Positions 37,049-47,370 of a stretch of 64,000 nucleotides of DNA are shown here, in pieces (the stretch's first letter is position 1; each line of letters opens with the position of its first letter). The stretch covers positions 303,510 to 367,509 of the forward strand of contig DASCPX010000027.1 in assembly GCA_036012755.1 (NCBI GenBank), in the 5' to 3' direction. Source of the stretch: Myxococcota bacterium (GTDB lineage: Bacteria; Myxococcota_A; UBA796; CAJQPC01). Both the position numbers and the translations under genes were made by a program. The notes beneath the pieces are model-generated. The model had not been told where the DNA came from and ran no database searches. It worked only from the letters and a program-made list of their open reading frames with translations.

Positions 37049-38337
37049 AAGCCCCAGAATGCCTCCATGGTGGCGTTCTGGCTCTCGAGCCAGGCACGCA
37101 CACGGGCCTGCTCTGAGCGGGCCGAGTCGACCGAGCACTCCCGCCGGGGATCCGATGCGATGTCGGCCACGATGAGCGGGACCATCTCGTCCATGTGGCC
37201 GACGAGGTCCGTGGACTCGGCGATGCCCAGCAGCTCCTTCGAGGCCTGCCGGCGCTCCGAGTAGCAGGCCGAGTCCACCATGCACCAGTAGGCGAGGTGG
37301 CCGGTGGGCGAGGACCACGAGCGCCCCCACGAGTAGTCGTAGAGAAAGCTGTAGTCGAGGTCCCAGGGGACGAACTCGAGCTTCCCGTCCATGGGGTCGA
37401 AGTAGAGGCGGTAGTTGTTCCGGTTCAGGCCATAGCCATCGTTCTGGCCGACCCACTGCTCCACCGCCTGGAACATCAGGAACTGCTCCCAGTCCACCAG
37501 CGCGTCCATCTCCCCGAAGAACCCGGCGGTGCCCTTGTGAGCCGTCAGCGCCTGCGAGACCGCCATTACGTCAGCGTGCCCTACGTCGGTGCCCTCCTCG
37601 AGCTGGAAGAGCGTGTCCACCCCCAACATGAAGTCCAACAGGACGTAGCTGTAGCCCCCGTACCAGACGTACTTGCCGTCGTAGAGGTTGCCGCTGGAGT
37701 CCTCCTGGGTGCGGTCCAGGAAGCGGTCGTCCGGCGTCTCGATGATGATGTACAGCCCGTAGTCTCCGCCGTTGAGGGAGACCCGCGCGAAGGAAGTGCG
37801 GGGGGCCGCGATGCCCGCCTCGCGGAAGAGCCTGTAGGACAGGTTCTCCTTGACGAACGAGCAGTCGATGACACCCCCGGCGTTGAGGCTCAGCCCCTCG
37901 AGCCCGAAAAAGCGCTGGTCCTCGACGAACTGGTTGAAGTCCAACTTGAACTTGGGCTTCCCCGACAGTGGACGCAGCGACCCGATCTTGCCTCGAATCC
38001 GGACACCGACATCTTCGATGGTGTACTCGTCGAACTCGACGGTGGCCTCCACGTAGCTGAAGGGCTCCGTGATCAGCCCATCGGTCGAGCTCGTGGGCAG
38101 CTCGATCGAGATGGTGTGGATGACCCCGTCGTCGAAGATCCACGAGGTGTCGACCTCCTGGTCTGGCACGGTCTCCTCTGTGACCTCGGGTGGCTCCGGC
38201 TCGGCTGGCTCGCTGTCCTCTGGCGCCTCGCTGTCGGGGGGACTCGACTCCACGGGGGCCTCGGCCTCCGAGTCCACCGACACGGGATCCGCGGGGGTCG
38301 AGCCCGGGTCCGTGCAAGCCAGGAGGAGGGGGAGCAT
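37045..38337 (-). CDS. CotH kinase family lipoprotein
   Basis: VGVRIRG, KPKFKLDFN, YGLY, GNLY, NNYRLY, PWDLD; MLPLLLAC start. Confidence 0.9.
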   Translation of the reverse strand: MLPLLLACTDPGSTPADPVSVDSEAEAPVESSPPDSEAPEDSEPAEPEPPEVTEETVPDQEVDTSWIFDDGVIHTISIELPTSSTDGLITEPFSYVEATVEFDEYTIEDVGVRIRGKIGSLRPLSGKPKFKLDFNQFVEDQRFFGLEGLSLNAGGVIDCSFVKENLSYRLFREAGIAAPRTSFARVSLNGGDYGLYIIIETPDDRFLDRTQEDSSGNLYDGKYVWYGGYSYVLLDFMLGVDTLFQLEEGTDVGHADVMAVSQALTAHKGTAGFFGEMDALVDWEQFLMFQAVEQWVGQNDGYGLNRNNYRLYFDPMDGKLEFVPWDLDYSFLYDYSWGRSWSSPTGHLAYWCMVDSACYSERRQASKELLGIAESTDLVGHMDEMVPLIVADIASDPRRECSVDSARSEQARVRAWLESQNATMEAFWGF

Positions 38338-38386
38338 GCAGTGAGCATACCGGCCTGTCCTTCCACCTGTGCGCTTTCGACCCTGT

Positions 38387-39178
38387 TCAGCGAGCGGGCG
38401 GCCGCCGGTCCTCGCGCCAGTCGTGGCCTGCAACGCGGCCCACGCAGGCCGCCATCGCGGAGACGTGCTCCACGCCGTCGATGCCGGTGAGCTCGTGGAC
38501 AAGGTCGTCGTGCCAGGCGCCGACACAGCAGACCCCGAGCCCCAGGGCAGTAGCCACGAGGTTGAGGTTCTCGGAGATGTGTCCGGCGTCCCACCAGACG
38601 TAGCGGTAGGCGCGCTCGTGGTACTTCGCCCGAGTCCGCTCCAGCACCGCCGTCCAGAGGAAGTTCACGGCCGCGGTGCGCGCCATCTCCTGACCCAGGA
38701 GCGCCTTGGTCGCCGCCCCGGACAGGTCTCCGAGCTCCAGCCCCTCCAGGGCCCAGCCCTTCACGTCGAGGTGGTACAGCCCGGGCTCCATGCCCTCGAC
38801 GCGGTTCACGACCAGGTAGGTCTCGACCGGGTACAGGGCTCCCGCGGAGGGAGCGGTTCGGAGCTGGTAGTCCCCCATGTCCGCGGTGACTCCCTGGGAG
38901 CCCCAGAGCAGGAGGTTCAGCTCCTGGAGCGTCAGCGGCTCCGGCAGGAAGTTCCTCTTCGAGCGCCGCGCTCCGAGGACGGACCAGAGGTCGGGGCACT
39001 CCGGGAAGACCGGCGGACCCAGCTCCACCCTGCAGACGGCGTCCGGGAACACGAGGTAGGTCTCGGGGCGATTCGCCCGGTCGTAGCTCCGGCGCTTCTG
39101 CGCCTCCTGCAACTCCCCTGGGGAGTACGAAGTCGCAAGCATGAACTCGGCGCAGATCCGTCGCCACTGGGGGTGCAC
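38387..39178 (-). CDS. SagB/ThcOx-family nitroreductase-like dehydrogenase
   Basis: RRSKRNF, RTAPSAGALYPVETY, GLYH, KYHERAYRY, DAGHISEN; AGGAGG RBS. Confidence 0.9.
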   Translation of the reverse strand: MHPQWRRICAEFMLATSYSPGELQEAQKRRSYDRANRPETYLVFPDAVCRVELGPPVFPECPDLWSVLGARRSKRNFLPEPLTLQELNLLLWGSQGVTADMGDYQLRTAPSAGALYPVETYLVVNRVEGMEPGLYHLDVKGWALEGLELGDLSGAATKALLGQEMARTAAVNFLWTAVLERTRAKYHERAYRYVWWDAGHISENLNLVATALGLGVCCVGAWHDDLVHELTGIDGVEHVSAMAACVGRVAGHDWREDRRPPAR

Positions 39179-39216
39179 GGCGGCCCTCCTTTCGGGGAGC
39201 CACCGTACCAGGGCGC

Positions 39217-39720
39217 CTACTCCGTCTTCTCTTCCGCTGGCGCCTCGCCCTCACCTTCGGCGGCGTGGCCAGACATGGACATCGCTCCGGTGAGGCCCGC
39301 GCAGGCATCGAGCAGGCCGTGCTTGTCGACGGCGGCGCCGAGCAGGCCCGCCTTGTCCTCTGCGGCGGCGTGGGCGATCTCGCCCAGGACACCGACCTCC
39401 ATGGAGAGGCCCTTCGCCTCGAGGTCGGCCTTGGCCTTCTCGACGAAAGCTGCGTCGACGGCCTCTGCCGTGCCGTCCTCTCCGGCCTCGTCCTTGGCAG
39501 CCTGCCAGGCGGCACACGCGATCTCGAGGGCCTCCTTCTCCTTGGCGTCGTTGTCGGCCGACGCGCCCTCTGTCGCCTCGGACGGGGCGGGTGCCTCCGG
39601 CGGGGTGGGGACCTCTGGCGCGGCCTCGGGCGCGGCGGGGGCCTCTGGCTCGGTGGGGGCGTCCTCGTCGCCACAAGCGACCAGCGCGGACAGACCCAGC
39701 ATCAGGACAACACATCTCAT
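39217..39720 (-). CDS. Hypothetical acidic lipoprotein
   Basis: MRCVVLMLGLSALVAC lipobox, EAP-rich linker. Confidence 0.7.
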   Translation of the reverse strand: MRCVVLMLGLSALVACGDEDAPTEPEAPAAPEAAPEVPTPPEAPAPSEATEGASADNDAKEKEALEIACAAWQAAKDEAGEDGTAEAVDAAFVEKAKADLEAKGLSMEVGVLGEIAHAAAEDKAGLLGAAVDKHGLLDACAGLTGAMSMSGHAAEGEGEAPAEEKTE

Positions 39721-39784
39721 TCGTTCATTCCTCGGCAAGGAGGGGGACTCTAGCACGATCGCAGAGTCGCCTGGGCCGTCCGCC

Positions 39785-41512
39785 TCAGAGGTTGTCCCAC
39801 CGGTACCCGTTCACGGCGAGGGCGTCGTCGGCCAGGGCCTTGATCAGGTCGTCGTCGTTCAGATCGATGTGGGCGAAGTTCCCCTTCACCCTCTCCAGCG
39901 CCTGGCCGGAGAATGCCCGCAGGATCTGCAGCTCCGTCGCGCAGGCTTCTGCGCTGGTCTCGCTGATGGCCGTGCTCACGCGGCTGAGCACGGCGGCGAG
40001 CACGAACAGGTCGATCATGATGTCGGCCAGGCGCTTCGAGGCGAACTGCTTGCCGATGATGTTCTTGCCGTGCTTGCGCAGGATGCGGTCGACGGCGACG
40101 CCGAGGTGCCGCGTCGCGTCCTCGAATCCGGCGGCGGGGCTGGCGACCTCTGGCACCAGCTTCGTCCAGCCGCGGCTCCCCAGGCCCGCGAGGCTGGCGC
40201 GTTTGCGTGCGTAGCCGCCGAAGACGCCGAAGCCCTTGATCGGGTCGTCGAAGACGCCGCGCAGGCTCGTCTGGAGCTCGCGCAGCTCGTTGCCGACATC
40301 TCGCATGGCGGTGAGCGCCACGAACAGCCGCAGGACCTCGTTGGTGCCCTCGAAGATGCGGTTCACGCGGCAGTCCCGGACAGTGCGCTCGTAGCTGTAC
40401 TCGCACATGTAGCCGTTGCCGCCAGCGATCTGGAGGGCCTCGTCCGCGCTCCTCCAGAGGGCCTCGCTCGCGAAGATCTTGGAGATGGCGGCCTCTACCG
40501 CGTAGTCGTCCACCCCTCCGTCGATCAGTCCGTTGACGGCGTTGACGACGCTCTCCGAGGCGTAGCAGTCGATCACCATCTGGCCGAGCTTCTGCTTGAC
40601 CAGGCCGAACTCGGAGATCGGCCTGCCGAACTGCTCCCGCTCGCCTGCCTGCCGGGTGGCTTGCTCGATGAGCTTCTTCATCGCTCCGACGCAGCCACCG
40701 CCGAGCCCGGTGCGCCCGCTGTTGAGGATCTTCATGGCGATCTTGAAGCCCTTGTGCTCCTCGCCGAGCAGCGCGTCGGGCTCCAGGCGCACGTTGTCGA
40801 AGAAGACCGAGGTGGTGGAGGAGGCTCTCAGGCCCATCTTGTCCTCGTGAGGTCCGACGCTGACCCCTTCCTGGTCGGAGCGCACGATGAAGGCGCTCAT
40901 GCCGCGGCGTTCGTCGGCCAGCCCGGTCTTGGCGAAGACCGTGAAGAACTGGGCGATGCCGCCGTTGGTGATCCACAGCTTGGAGCCGTTGAGGACCCAG
41001 CCTTCGCCGTCGCGCTCGGCGGTCGTGCGCAGGCTGGCGGCGTCCGAGCCGGCCCCCGGCTCGGTGAGGCAGAAGGCCGCGATCATCTCGCCGGTGGCGA
41101 GCGAGGGCAGGTAGCGGGCCTTCTGCTCGTCCGTGCCGAAGAGCAACAGCCCCCGCATGCCGATGGAGCTGTGGGCGCCGATGGTGACGGCCACCGAGGC
41201 GTCGTGTCGGGAGAGCTGCTGCAGAGTGCGCGAGTAGGCGGTGGCGCCGAAGCCGAGGCCGCCGTCTTCCTCTGGGATGATCAGGCTGAAGAGGCCGAAC
41301 TCCTTGAGCTCGTCGAGGAACCCAGGCGGCAGCTCCCCTGCCCGGTCCCAGGCGCGGAAGTCCTCGCCGCGAGAGCCGAGCAGGTCGTCGATGGACTCGG
41401 CGACTGCCGCCACGGTCTCCCGCTCCGTCTCGGCCATCGAGCGGAAGGGGATCAGCTGGTCCTCTTCGATCCGTCCCATGCACAAGCCACGAATAAAGCC
41501 GCTGTCCGACAT
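39785..41512 (-). CDS. Acyl-CoA dehydrogenase (long, VLCAD/ACAD9-like)
   Basis: FCLTEPGAGSDA, NGSKLWITNG, KMGLRAS, REQFG, GGNGY, RIFEGTNEVLR. Confidence 0.93.
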   Translation of the reverse strand: MSDSGFIRGLCMGRIEEDQLIPFRSMAETERETVAAVAESIDDLLGSRGEDFRAWDRAGELPPGFLDELKEFGLFSLIIPEEDGGLGFGATAYSRTLQQLSRHDASVAVTIGAHSSIGMRGLLLFGTDEQKARYLPSLATGEMIAAFCLTEPGAGSDAASLRTTAERDGEGWVLNGSKLWITNGGIAQFFTVFAKTGLADERRGMSAFIVRSDQEGVSVGPHEDKMGLRASSTTSVFFDNVRLEPDALLGEEHKGFKIAMKILNSGRTGLGGGCVGAMKKLIEQATRQAGEREQFGRPISEFGLVKQKLGQMVIDCYASESVVNAVNGLIDGGVDDYAVEAAISKIFASEALWRSADEALQIAGGNGYMCEYSYERTVRDCRVNRIFEGTNEVLRLFVALTAMRDVGNELRELQTSLRGVFDDPIKGFGVFGGYARKRASLAGLGSRGWTKLVPEVASPAAGFEDATRHLGVAVDRILRKHGKNIIGKQFASKRLADIMIDLFVLAAVLSRVSTAISETSAEACATELQILRAFSGQALERVKGNFAHIDLNDDDLIKALADDALAVNGYRWDNL

Positions 41513-41563
41513 CTCGGCACCTCCGAGGGAGCCATAGCCGGATTGGCTCGTCCGCCCAGGGTT

Positions 41564-41937
41564 TCAGTCGATGGCGTGGCGCTTCATGAGCTCCCAGAGG
41601 TGCTTGCGGACGTTGCCCGGCCAGGGATGCTCCTCGAGCATCGCGAGGGCCTCTGGGCTGAGGTCCCTGGGGGTCTCGGGGGAGCGCTCCCTCAGGGCCG
41701 CGAGGAAGCACCGCGCCAGGGGCGCGATGTCCTCCGTGCGCTCCCGGAGCGGGGGCACCAGGACCTCGAAGGCTGCGAGCCGGTAGAGCAGGTCCGCCCG
41801 GAATCGGCCGGCTGCGACCTCCTTCCGCAGGTCGCGGTTCGAGGCAGCGATGAAGCGGACATCTACCTCGATGGTCGCGTCAGCCCCGACCGGGAGCACC
41901 TCGCGACTCTCGAGGACACGCAGGAGTCGGGCCTGGG
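41564..41937 (-). pseudogene. Fragment of a sigma-54-dependent (NtrC-like) activator
   Basis: [41 protein letters not shown] joined directly to an HTH-end-like KHLWELMKRH; no Walker A or GAFTGA, no receiver domain. Confidence 0.8.
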
Positions 41938-41959
41938 GGGCCTCTTCGACAGCGCCTGG

Positions 41960-42165
41960 TGAGCCAGCGAGATGCGGGCCAGCGTGCCCTCCATGCCATC
42001 CGCCCTCGAGCCCAGGCTGAGCTCCCCGCCGAGGGCGTCCACGATCGAGCGGGACACCGCGAGACCCAGCCCAGTCCCCTGCCCTGTGTCCAGGGTGGTG
42101 AAGAAGGGCTCGAAGACCCGGTCACGGATCCCCGGGGGAATGCCGGGGCCGTCGGCCAGGGAGAG
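41960..42165 (-). pseudogene. Fragment of a sensor histidine kinase (HATPase_c C-terminal part only)
   Basis: [32 protein letters not shown] (G1, F and G2 boxes); no H- or N-box upstream. Confidence 0.8.
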
Positions 42166-42729
42166 CTCACCTGCGAGACCGACCCCTGCGGCGCTGACGC
42201 GGTCTGCAACGACCTCGACGCTGGCGACTACGAGTGCACCTGCGCGACGGGCTTCTCCGGAGACGGCTTCGACTGCTGCGCTGACGACGACGGCGACGAG
42301 ACCTGCAACGACCTCGACAACTGCGTCTCCGATGCCAACCCCTCCCAGGACGACTTCAACTCCGACGGGACCGGCGACGCCTGCGACTCGATCGTGATCA
42401 TGCTGTCCGACCTCACCACCACCGCGCAGTTCTACGAGTACGAGGCGGTGTCCGCCACGGTCCACTACTTCGCGCTCCTCGACGAAGGCGGCGAGCCACA
42501 CGTCGCAGTCGACGCTTGCGATGTCTGCTACGGAGCCAAGAAAGGCTACCGGCAGGACGGCGACGAGATGGTCTGCAACAACTGCGGCCTCACATTCGAC
42601 ATCGACGGCATCGGCTCCGAGAACCGGACCGGTGGCTGCAACCCCGGCTACATCCCGATCGAGATCACCGCCGAGTCCGTCATCATCGAGCCAGAGGCCC
42701 TCGAGGCCGCGAGCTGGTACTTCGAGTAG
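42166..42729 (+). CDS. 5'-truncated EGF-like + TSP3-like + DUF2318-like Cys-rich protein
   Basis: [78 protein letters not shown]; no credible start before the junction with the kinase fragment. Confidence 0.7.
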   Translation, partial: LTCETDPCGADAVCNDLDAGDYECTCATGFSGDGFDCCADDDGDETCNDLDNCVSDANPSQDDFNSDGTGDACDSIVIMLSDLTTTAQFYEYEAVSATVHYFALLDEGGEPHVAVDACDVCYGAKKGYRQDGDEMVCNNCGLTFDIDGIGSENRTGGCNPGYIPIEITAESVIIEPEALEAASWYFE

Positions 42730-42732
42730 GTC

Positions 42733-43329
<597 letters not shown>

Positions 43330-43332
43330 GCC

Positions 43333-45423
43333 TCAGTAGCTCTCGCTCGCGCTGCCCCCGTCGCGGTCTCCGAAGTCCCACCCGTAGCGCTCCGCCACTG
43401 CCGCCCCGTAGTCCCTGCGGACCACCGTCGCGGTGACGGTCAGCCCCGCGGTAGAGGGGAAGCGGTGCTCGCTCGTGGCGCTGGAGAAGGCGGCGATGCG
43501 GTTGTCGCTGGCGACGTCGAGGGCCCTGTAGTGGGCCACGCCCCGGCGGCCCTCGCTGTCGACGAGGACCTTTGCGTAGAGCCAACCCGGCGCGCCGGCG
43601 TGGTGCCCCTCGGCGCAGAGGAAGACGACATCGCCGCGACGTGTCTCCGGGGGCTGCGAGGCGAGGATTGCCGAGTCCCCGGTGATGGAGCTCAGCTCGA
43701 CCTCGCCGAGGAACTCGTAGACAGGCAGGCCCTTTTCTGCGGCCGTGGCCTCGGCGAACGAGGTCGTGCCAGGCCCTGAGTAGTCGGTCCACTCCCCGGT
43801 CGGGCGGACGAAGCGGGCGATCAGCGCCCCCTCCAGCTCCTGGCCCGAGAGCTCCAGGTCCAGCTCCGAGACAGACGCGTCAGCGCCGATGGTCCCCATC
43901 GCCAGGTAGCCGCCGACGTCCGGAACGACCTGGCCACCTGTGGCTTCTACCGGCTGTCCGTCAGCGTCCAGGGCGCTCACGAGGACGATGATCTGCCTCA
44001 GCGGCTCCCCGGTCGGCACTGCGTGTGCGGCCCGATTCGTCAGCTCGACCGTCGCGCGGAGCTCGCCATCCTGCTCTTCGAGGGAGAGCAGGAGGTAGGG
44101 ATCGCCGAGGTCATCGGCGCGGGGGAAGTGATGGTGCCGGACCTCTCCCGCCTCGCGCAGCCAGCCCTGGGTGGTCGAGGGGATCTGGCCCCGGTCGACG
44201 ATGTCGTAGGTCGAGCTCGGGAGCTCCAGCGTCGGCATGTGGCAGCCCTGACAGGAGAAGCCGGCCTCTGTGGAGCCCGCCGCTTCGAACTCGGAGAAGG
44301 TCTCCAACACGGGCAGCCCATCGGGCCAGCGTTCGGAGTCCAGCTCCTCGCCGGGTCCCAGCGCCGGCTGGTAGTACTCGTGGCAGGCGGAGCAGAAGCG
44401 CGCCTCGCGGAACAGGGGGTTGTAGCTCCCGTTCATGATCGGCACGACCACGTCGGGGTAGGGGCCGAAGATGATTGGGTCGAACTCCTGGCCGCCGATG
44501 CGCGACTCCTCGCTGGGGCGCTCGAGCTGGATCGCCCCGTCGAGTCCAGGGGCGGGACCGGCGACGACGGAGCGGATCTTGTGGCAGAAGTCGCAGGTGA
44601 CCCCCTCGTGAGCCACTCCGGTCGAGGCGGCGAAGTCGATCGACCCGGGCGTGCCGCCGTCGGTGGCGGGGGTGTGGCAGTCGCCGCAGCTGCCGAAAGC
44701 GGTGAGGGTGTCCCGTCGATCCGGGTGGTCGCAGGCCGGTCCACAGCCCTCGTTCAGCCAAGGAAGCACGCCCTCGCCGAGGTAGCAGTACTCCGCGACG
44801 GTCCCCTCCTCTCCTGGCAGCTGGCCCTCTGCCAGGCTCCCGCCAAGGGCGTCGCAGTCGTCTGTCTCGGAGGCCCGCCCGGTGTAGATGTCCCACACCT
44901 GTGGGTCCGAGGCGGCCTTGGCGTGGGTGGAGTCCGCCCAGTCCCCGGCGATGTCCCAGTGGCAGTGTCCGCAGTAGCTCGTGTCGGGGCTCTTGATGTC
45001 CCCACCCTTCTGGAAGGGGTAGTCGACGTTGTCGACTCCCAGCAACGGCCGCATCGTGATGGTCAGCGGGCCTGTGGGATCCTCCTCGGGCACGGCCACG
45101 GACCCGCTGATCCAGCCCTCCTTGCCGGCCAGCAGGTGACGCTCGGTGATGCCGTCGTCGTCTACCTCCAGGGTAGCCAGACCCTCTGCATCGGTGGTCA
45201 CCCAGCGGTCCTCGGGCCAGCCCCCGACCATGGCCACGGCTCCCTCCACGACAGCGCCGTCGGGGTCCACGACCACCACCGTCGCGGCGCCGGTCCAGCG
45301 CTGCGCCTCGATCTCGCTGTCGTCGACGGAGCTCTCGGCCCGGCTCTCGGTCGAGCTCTCGTCAGGCGCGCTGTCAGCTCCCCGGCCGTTGCAGGCGAGG
45401 CAGAACAAAAGCGGCGTGATCAA
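43333..45423 (-). CDS. Pentaheme c-type cytochrome lipoprotein with beta-sandwich domains
   Basis: CGHCH, CGDCH, CDFCH, CSACH, CQGCH; TTG 45423 (LITPLLFCLAC) overlaps the upstream TGA. Confidence 0.88.
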   Translation of the reverse strand: MITPLLFCLACNGRGADSAPDESSTESRAESSVDDSEIEAQRWTGAATVVVVDPDGAVVEGAVAMVGGWPEDRWVTTDAEGLATLEVDDDGITERHLLAGKEGWISGSVAVPEEDPTGPLTITMRPLLGVDNVDYPFQKGGDIKSPDTSYCGHCHWDIAGDWADSTHAKAASDPQVWDIYTGRASETDDCDALGGSLAEGQLPGEEGTVAEYCYLGEGVLPWLNEGCGPACDHPDRRDTLTAFGSCGDCHTPATDGGTPGSIDFAASTGVAHEGVTCDFCHKIRSVVAGPAPGLDGAIQLERPSEESRIGGQEFDPIIFGPYPDVVVPIMNGSYNPLFREARFCSACHEYYQPALGPGEELDSERWPDGLPVLETFSEFEAAGSTEAGFSCQGCHMPTLELPSSTYDIVDRGQIPSTTQGWLREAGEVRHHHFPRADDLGDPYLLLSLEEQDGELRATVELTNRAAHAVPTGEPLRQIIVLVSALDADGQPVEATGGQVVPDVGGYLAMGTIGADASVSELDLELSGQELEGALIARFVRPTGEWTDYSGPGTTSFAEATAAEKGLPVYEFLGEVELSSITGDSAILASQPPETRRGDVVFLCAEGHHAGAPGWLYAKVLVDSEGRRGVAHYRALDVASDNRIAAFSSATSEHRFPSTAGLTVTATVVRRDYGAAVAERYGWDFGDRDGGSASESY

Positions 45424-46139
45424 GAGCCCGCGTGTTCGGCGATCACGTCCCTGAGCTCCTCGAGCCCGTGGCCGGTCGTGCACTCCAGCATCTCCATCTC
45501 CGGCGACAGGGCGCACTTGCCGGGCAGGCTCCTGCCATCGTAGGGCGTGACGTCCAGCAGCAGGCCCTCGGTGTCCGCCAGGACCGGGAGGTCCGGCGAG
45601 CCGAGCCGCTCGTGGTACTCGGCGGCCATCTCGGGTGGGGGCGGACCGGGATCCATGCCCTCGAAGAGGCCGACGATGTAGCCCATCTCGATGCCGGTCT
45701 CGTCGGTGAAGTCGACGCTGTCTTCATAGAGGCTGACCGCCTCCGTCATGCAGACGCCTCACCAGGCGGCGGTCATGAAGAGGATGTGGTAGCTCCTGGC
45801 GAAGTCCCAGAGGTCCACCTCGTCGCCGCACTGGTCGACGAAGGTGACGTTGTCGACCACGTCACCGACCTCGGCTCCGGTGGAGCTCAGGTCACCGGGA
45901 TCGTCGTGGCGCCAGCCGCAGGCGTAGCACTGCTCGTCGAGGTCCAGCGGGCTGGAGCCGCAGTCGAGCTCGTCGCCGTCGTCGAAGCCGTCGCCGTCGC
46001 TGTCCGCCAGGGTCGGATCCGTGCCGAACTCGTCCTCTTCCATGCAGTCTTCGAGCCCGTCGCCGTCAGCGTCACCGCCGCAGGCTCGGGCGACGTCAGT
46101 GCCGGTACAAGCGAGGCCAAGCAGGAGCAGGGAGTTCAT
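45420..46139 (-). CDS. Selenocysteine-containing thioredoxin-fold lipoprotein (W-U-G-V-C) with DxDxDG repeats
   Basis: ORFs 45759..46139 and 45420..45749 are in the same frame, separated only by TGA 45759-45761 in FMTAAW*GVC; SECIS-like hairpin follows. Confidence 0.85.
45725..45750 (-). promoter_or_regulatory. Putative bacterial SECIS element
   Basis: mRNA UGA-N15-GAGGC-GGUCA-GCCUC; loop starts with G about 21 nt after UGA; stem extendable by CAU/AUG. Confidence 0.7.
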
Positions 46140-46210
46140 GGGCAGTTCCTATCGGACGGCCCAGCCTATCCTCCGAGAGGGTGCCTTCGGTCCGCGGTCT
46201 GCAAACAGCC

Positions 46211-47080
46211 TCAGTCGGAGGGGTCCAGAGCGGCCTCGATGCCCCCTGGGGTGTGGCACGCCTGGCACAGGGCGCCGTCCTCCAGAGGCAGCCTGGACAG
46301 CGCCGAGTCCCCCGCGACCGGAGCCGCGTGGAGGCCGATCGACGGCGACCCCTGCTCCAGGCTCGGAGCCAGGACCTGCTCCAACCAGGACTCGGGGAAG
46401 GGGGACGAGTCGGGGATCTCACGGCTTCGCTGGGTGATCCCGGGGGGATGGGGGTCATGGCAGGTCGAGCAGACCAGCTCGCCCTGGGGAGTCAGCGGCA
46501 GGCCCGCTGCCTTGGCCCGCTCCGCCATCTCCGGCTCCATCGGCCCACGGTGGAGCGCGGATCCCGCGTGGGCCGAGAGCTGGTGGCAGGCCACGCAGAT
46601 CTCGTCGCCCTGGACCGTCGCTGGGGCGCGGCCCGTGTCGGCAGGGACCGGGTCGTGGCAGCCCAGGCAGCGGGTCGGGATCGCCGGGTCCAGCATCGCC
46701 TGGTGGGGGTCGAAGCCCACGCTGGTCAGCTCCACGTGGCAGGCGGCGCAGAAGCCGCGCTCGTTGGGATAGGTCCCCCTGAGCAGGCCGGGGCTGGCCG
46801 CGTCGCCGTGACAGGCGGGCTCGTCGTGGCAGCTCAGGCAGGCCAGCTCGCCATTCACCAGCGGAAAGACCCCTGGGACGGTCGCCGTCTCCGGCTTCAT
46901 CCCGACGGGGTGGGGATCGGCGGCGTGGCAGCTCAGGCAGGTCTCGTCCGCGGAGCCGTGGGTGAAGGAGACCTCCTCCGGGGCGGTCCCGACCGATGCC
47001 TCGGAGTGGCAGGCGGCGCAGCCCTCCGCGTCGCCATGGGGGTTGGCAGAGGCGCTCAGCAGCAGCAGGAGCCCGGTCAC
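46211..47080 (-). CDS. Octaheme c-type cytochrome (periplasmic, doubled-CxxCH-type)
   Basis: 8 CxxCH (CAACH, CLSCH x2, CAACH, CLGCH, CVACH, CSTCH, CQACH), HPVG and CSTCHDPH motifs; GTGA overlap. Confidence 0.9.
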   Translation of the reverse strand: MTGLLLLLSASANPHGDAEGCAACHSEASVGTAPEEVSFTHGSADETCLSCHAADPHPVGMKPETATVPGVFPLVNGELACLSCHDEPACHGDAASPGLLRGTYPNERGFCAACHVELTSVGFDPHQAMLDPAIPTRCLGCHDPVPADTGRAPATVQGDEICVACHQLSAHAGSALHRGPMEPEMAERAKAAGLPLTPQGELVCSTCHDPHPPGITQRSREIPDSSPFPESWLEQVLAPSLEQGSPSIGLHAAPVAGDSALSRLPLEDGALCQACHTPGGIEAALDPSD

Positions 47081-47370
47081 TCGCCCTCTCCCGTGTCGAC
47101 TCGGAGCGCCTCGACGCCGTTGTCTCCATGACATGGCACGCAGGTGGACGGGTCCTCTGGATCCGCCTCGATCTCTTCGACCTCGACCCCGCCGATGCAG
47201 TCCTGGCTGTGGATGTTCCAGGCCTGGTGACACTGGAAGCACTGCTCCTGGCCCCAGCCCACGCCGTGTTCCTCGGCGGTCAGGGTGAGCGCCGCCGGAG
47301 ACCTGGTCAGGTCCCGCGTCCCGGCGCAGGGATCCGGATCGCCGCAGGCGAGCAACAACAGCAGGCTCAC
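47077..47370 (-). CDS. Small diheme cytochrome c lipoprotein
   Basis: MSLLLLLAC, CFQCH, CVPCH. Confidence 0.85.
   Translation of the reverse strand: MSLLLLLACGDPDPCAGTRDLTRSPAALTLTAEEHGVGWGQEQCFQCHQAWNIHSQDCIGGVEVEEIEADPEDPSTCVPCHGDNGVEALRVDTGEGE

Noticed and set aside
38387..39178. RiPP (thiazole/oxazole) biosynthetic cluster suggested by the SagB-like gene
   Set aside because: No YcaO, E1-like protein or precursor peptide nearby; standalone SagB-like nitroreductases are common
45420..45749. Independent 109-aa gene, or a nonsense pseudogene
   Set aside because: Better explained as the C-terminal half of a Sec-containing protein, given the UGA position in WUxxC and the hairpin
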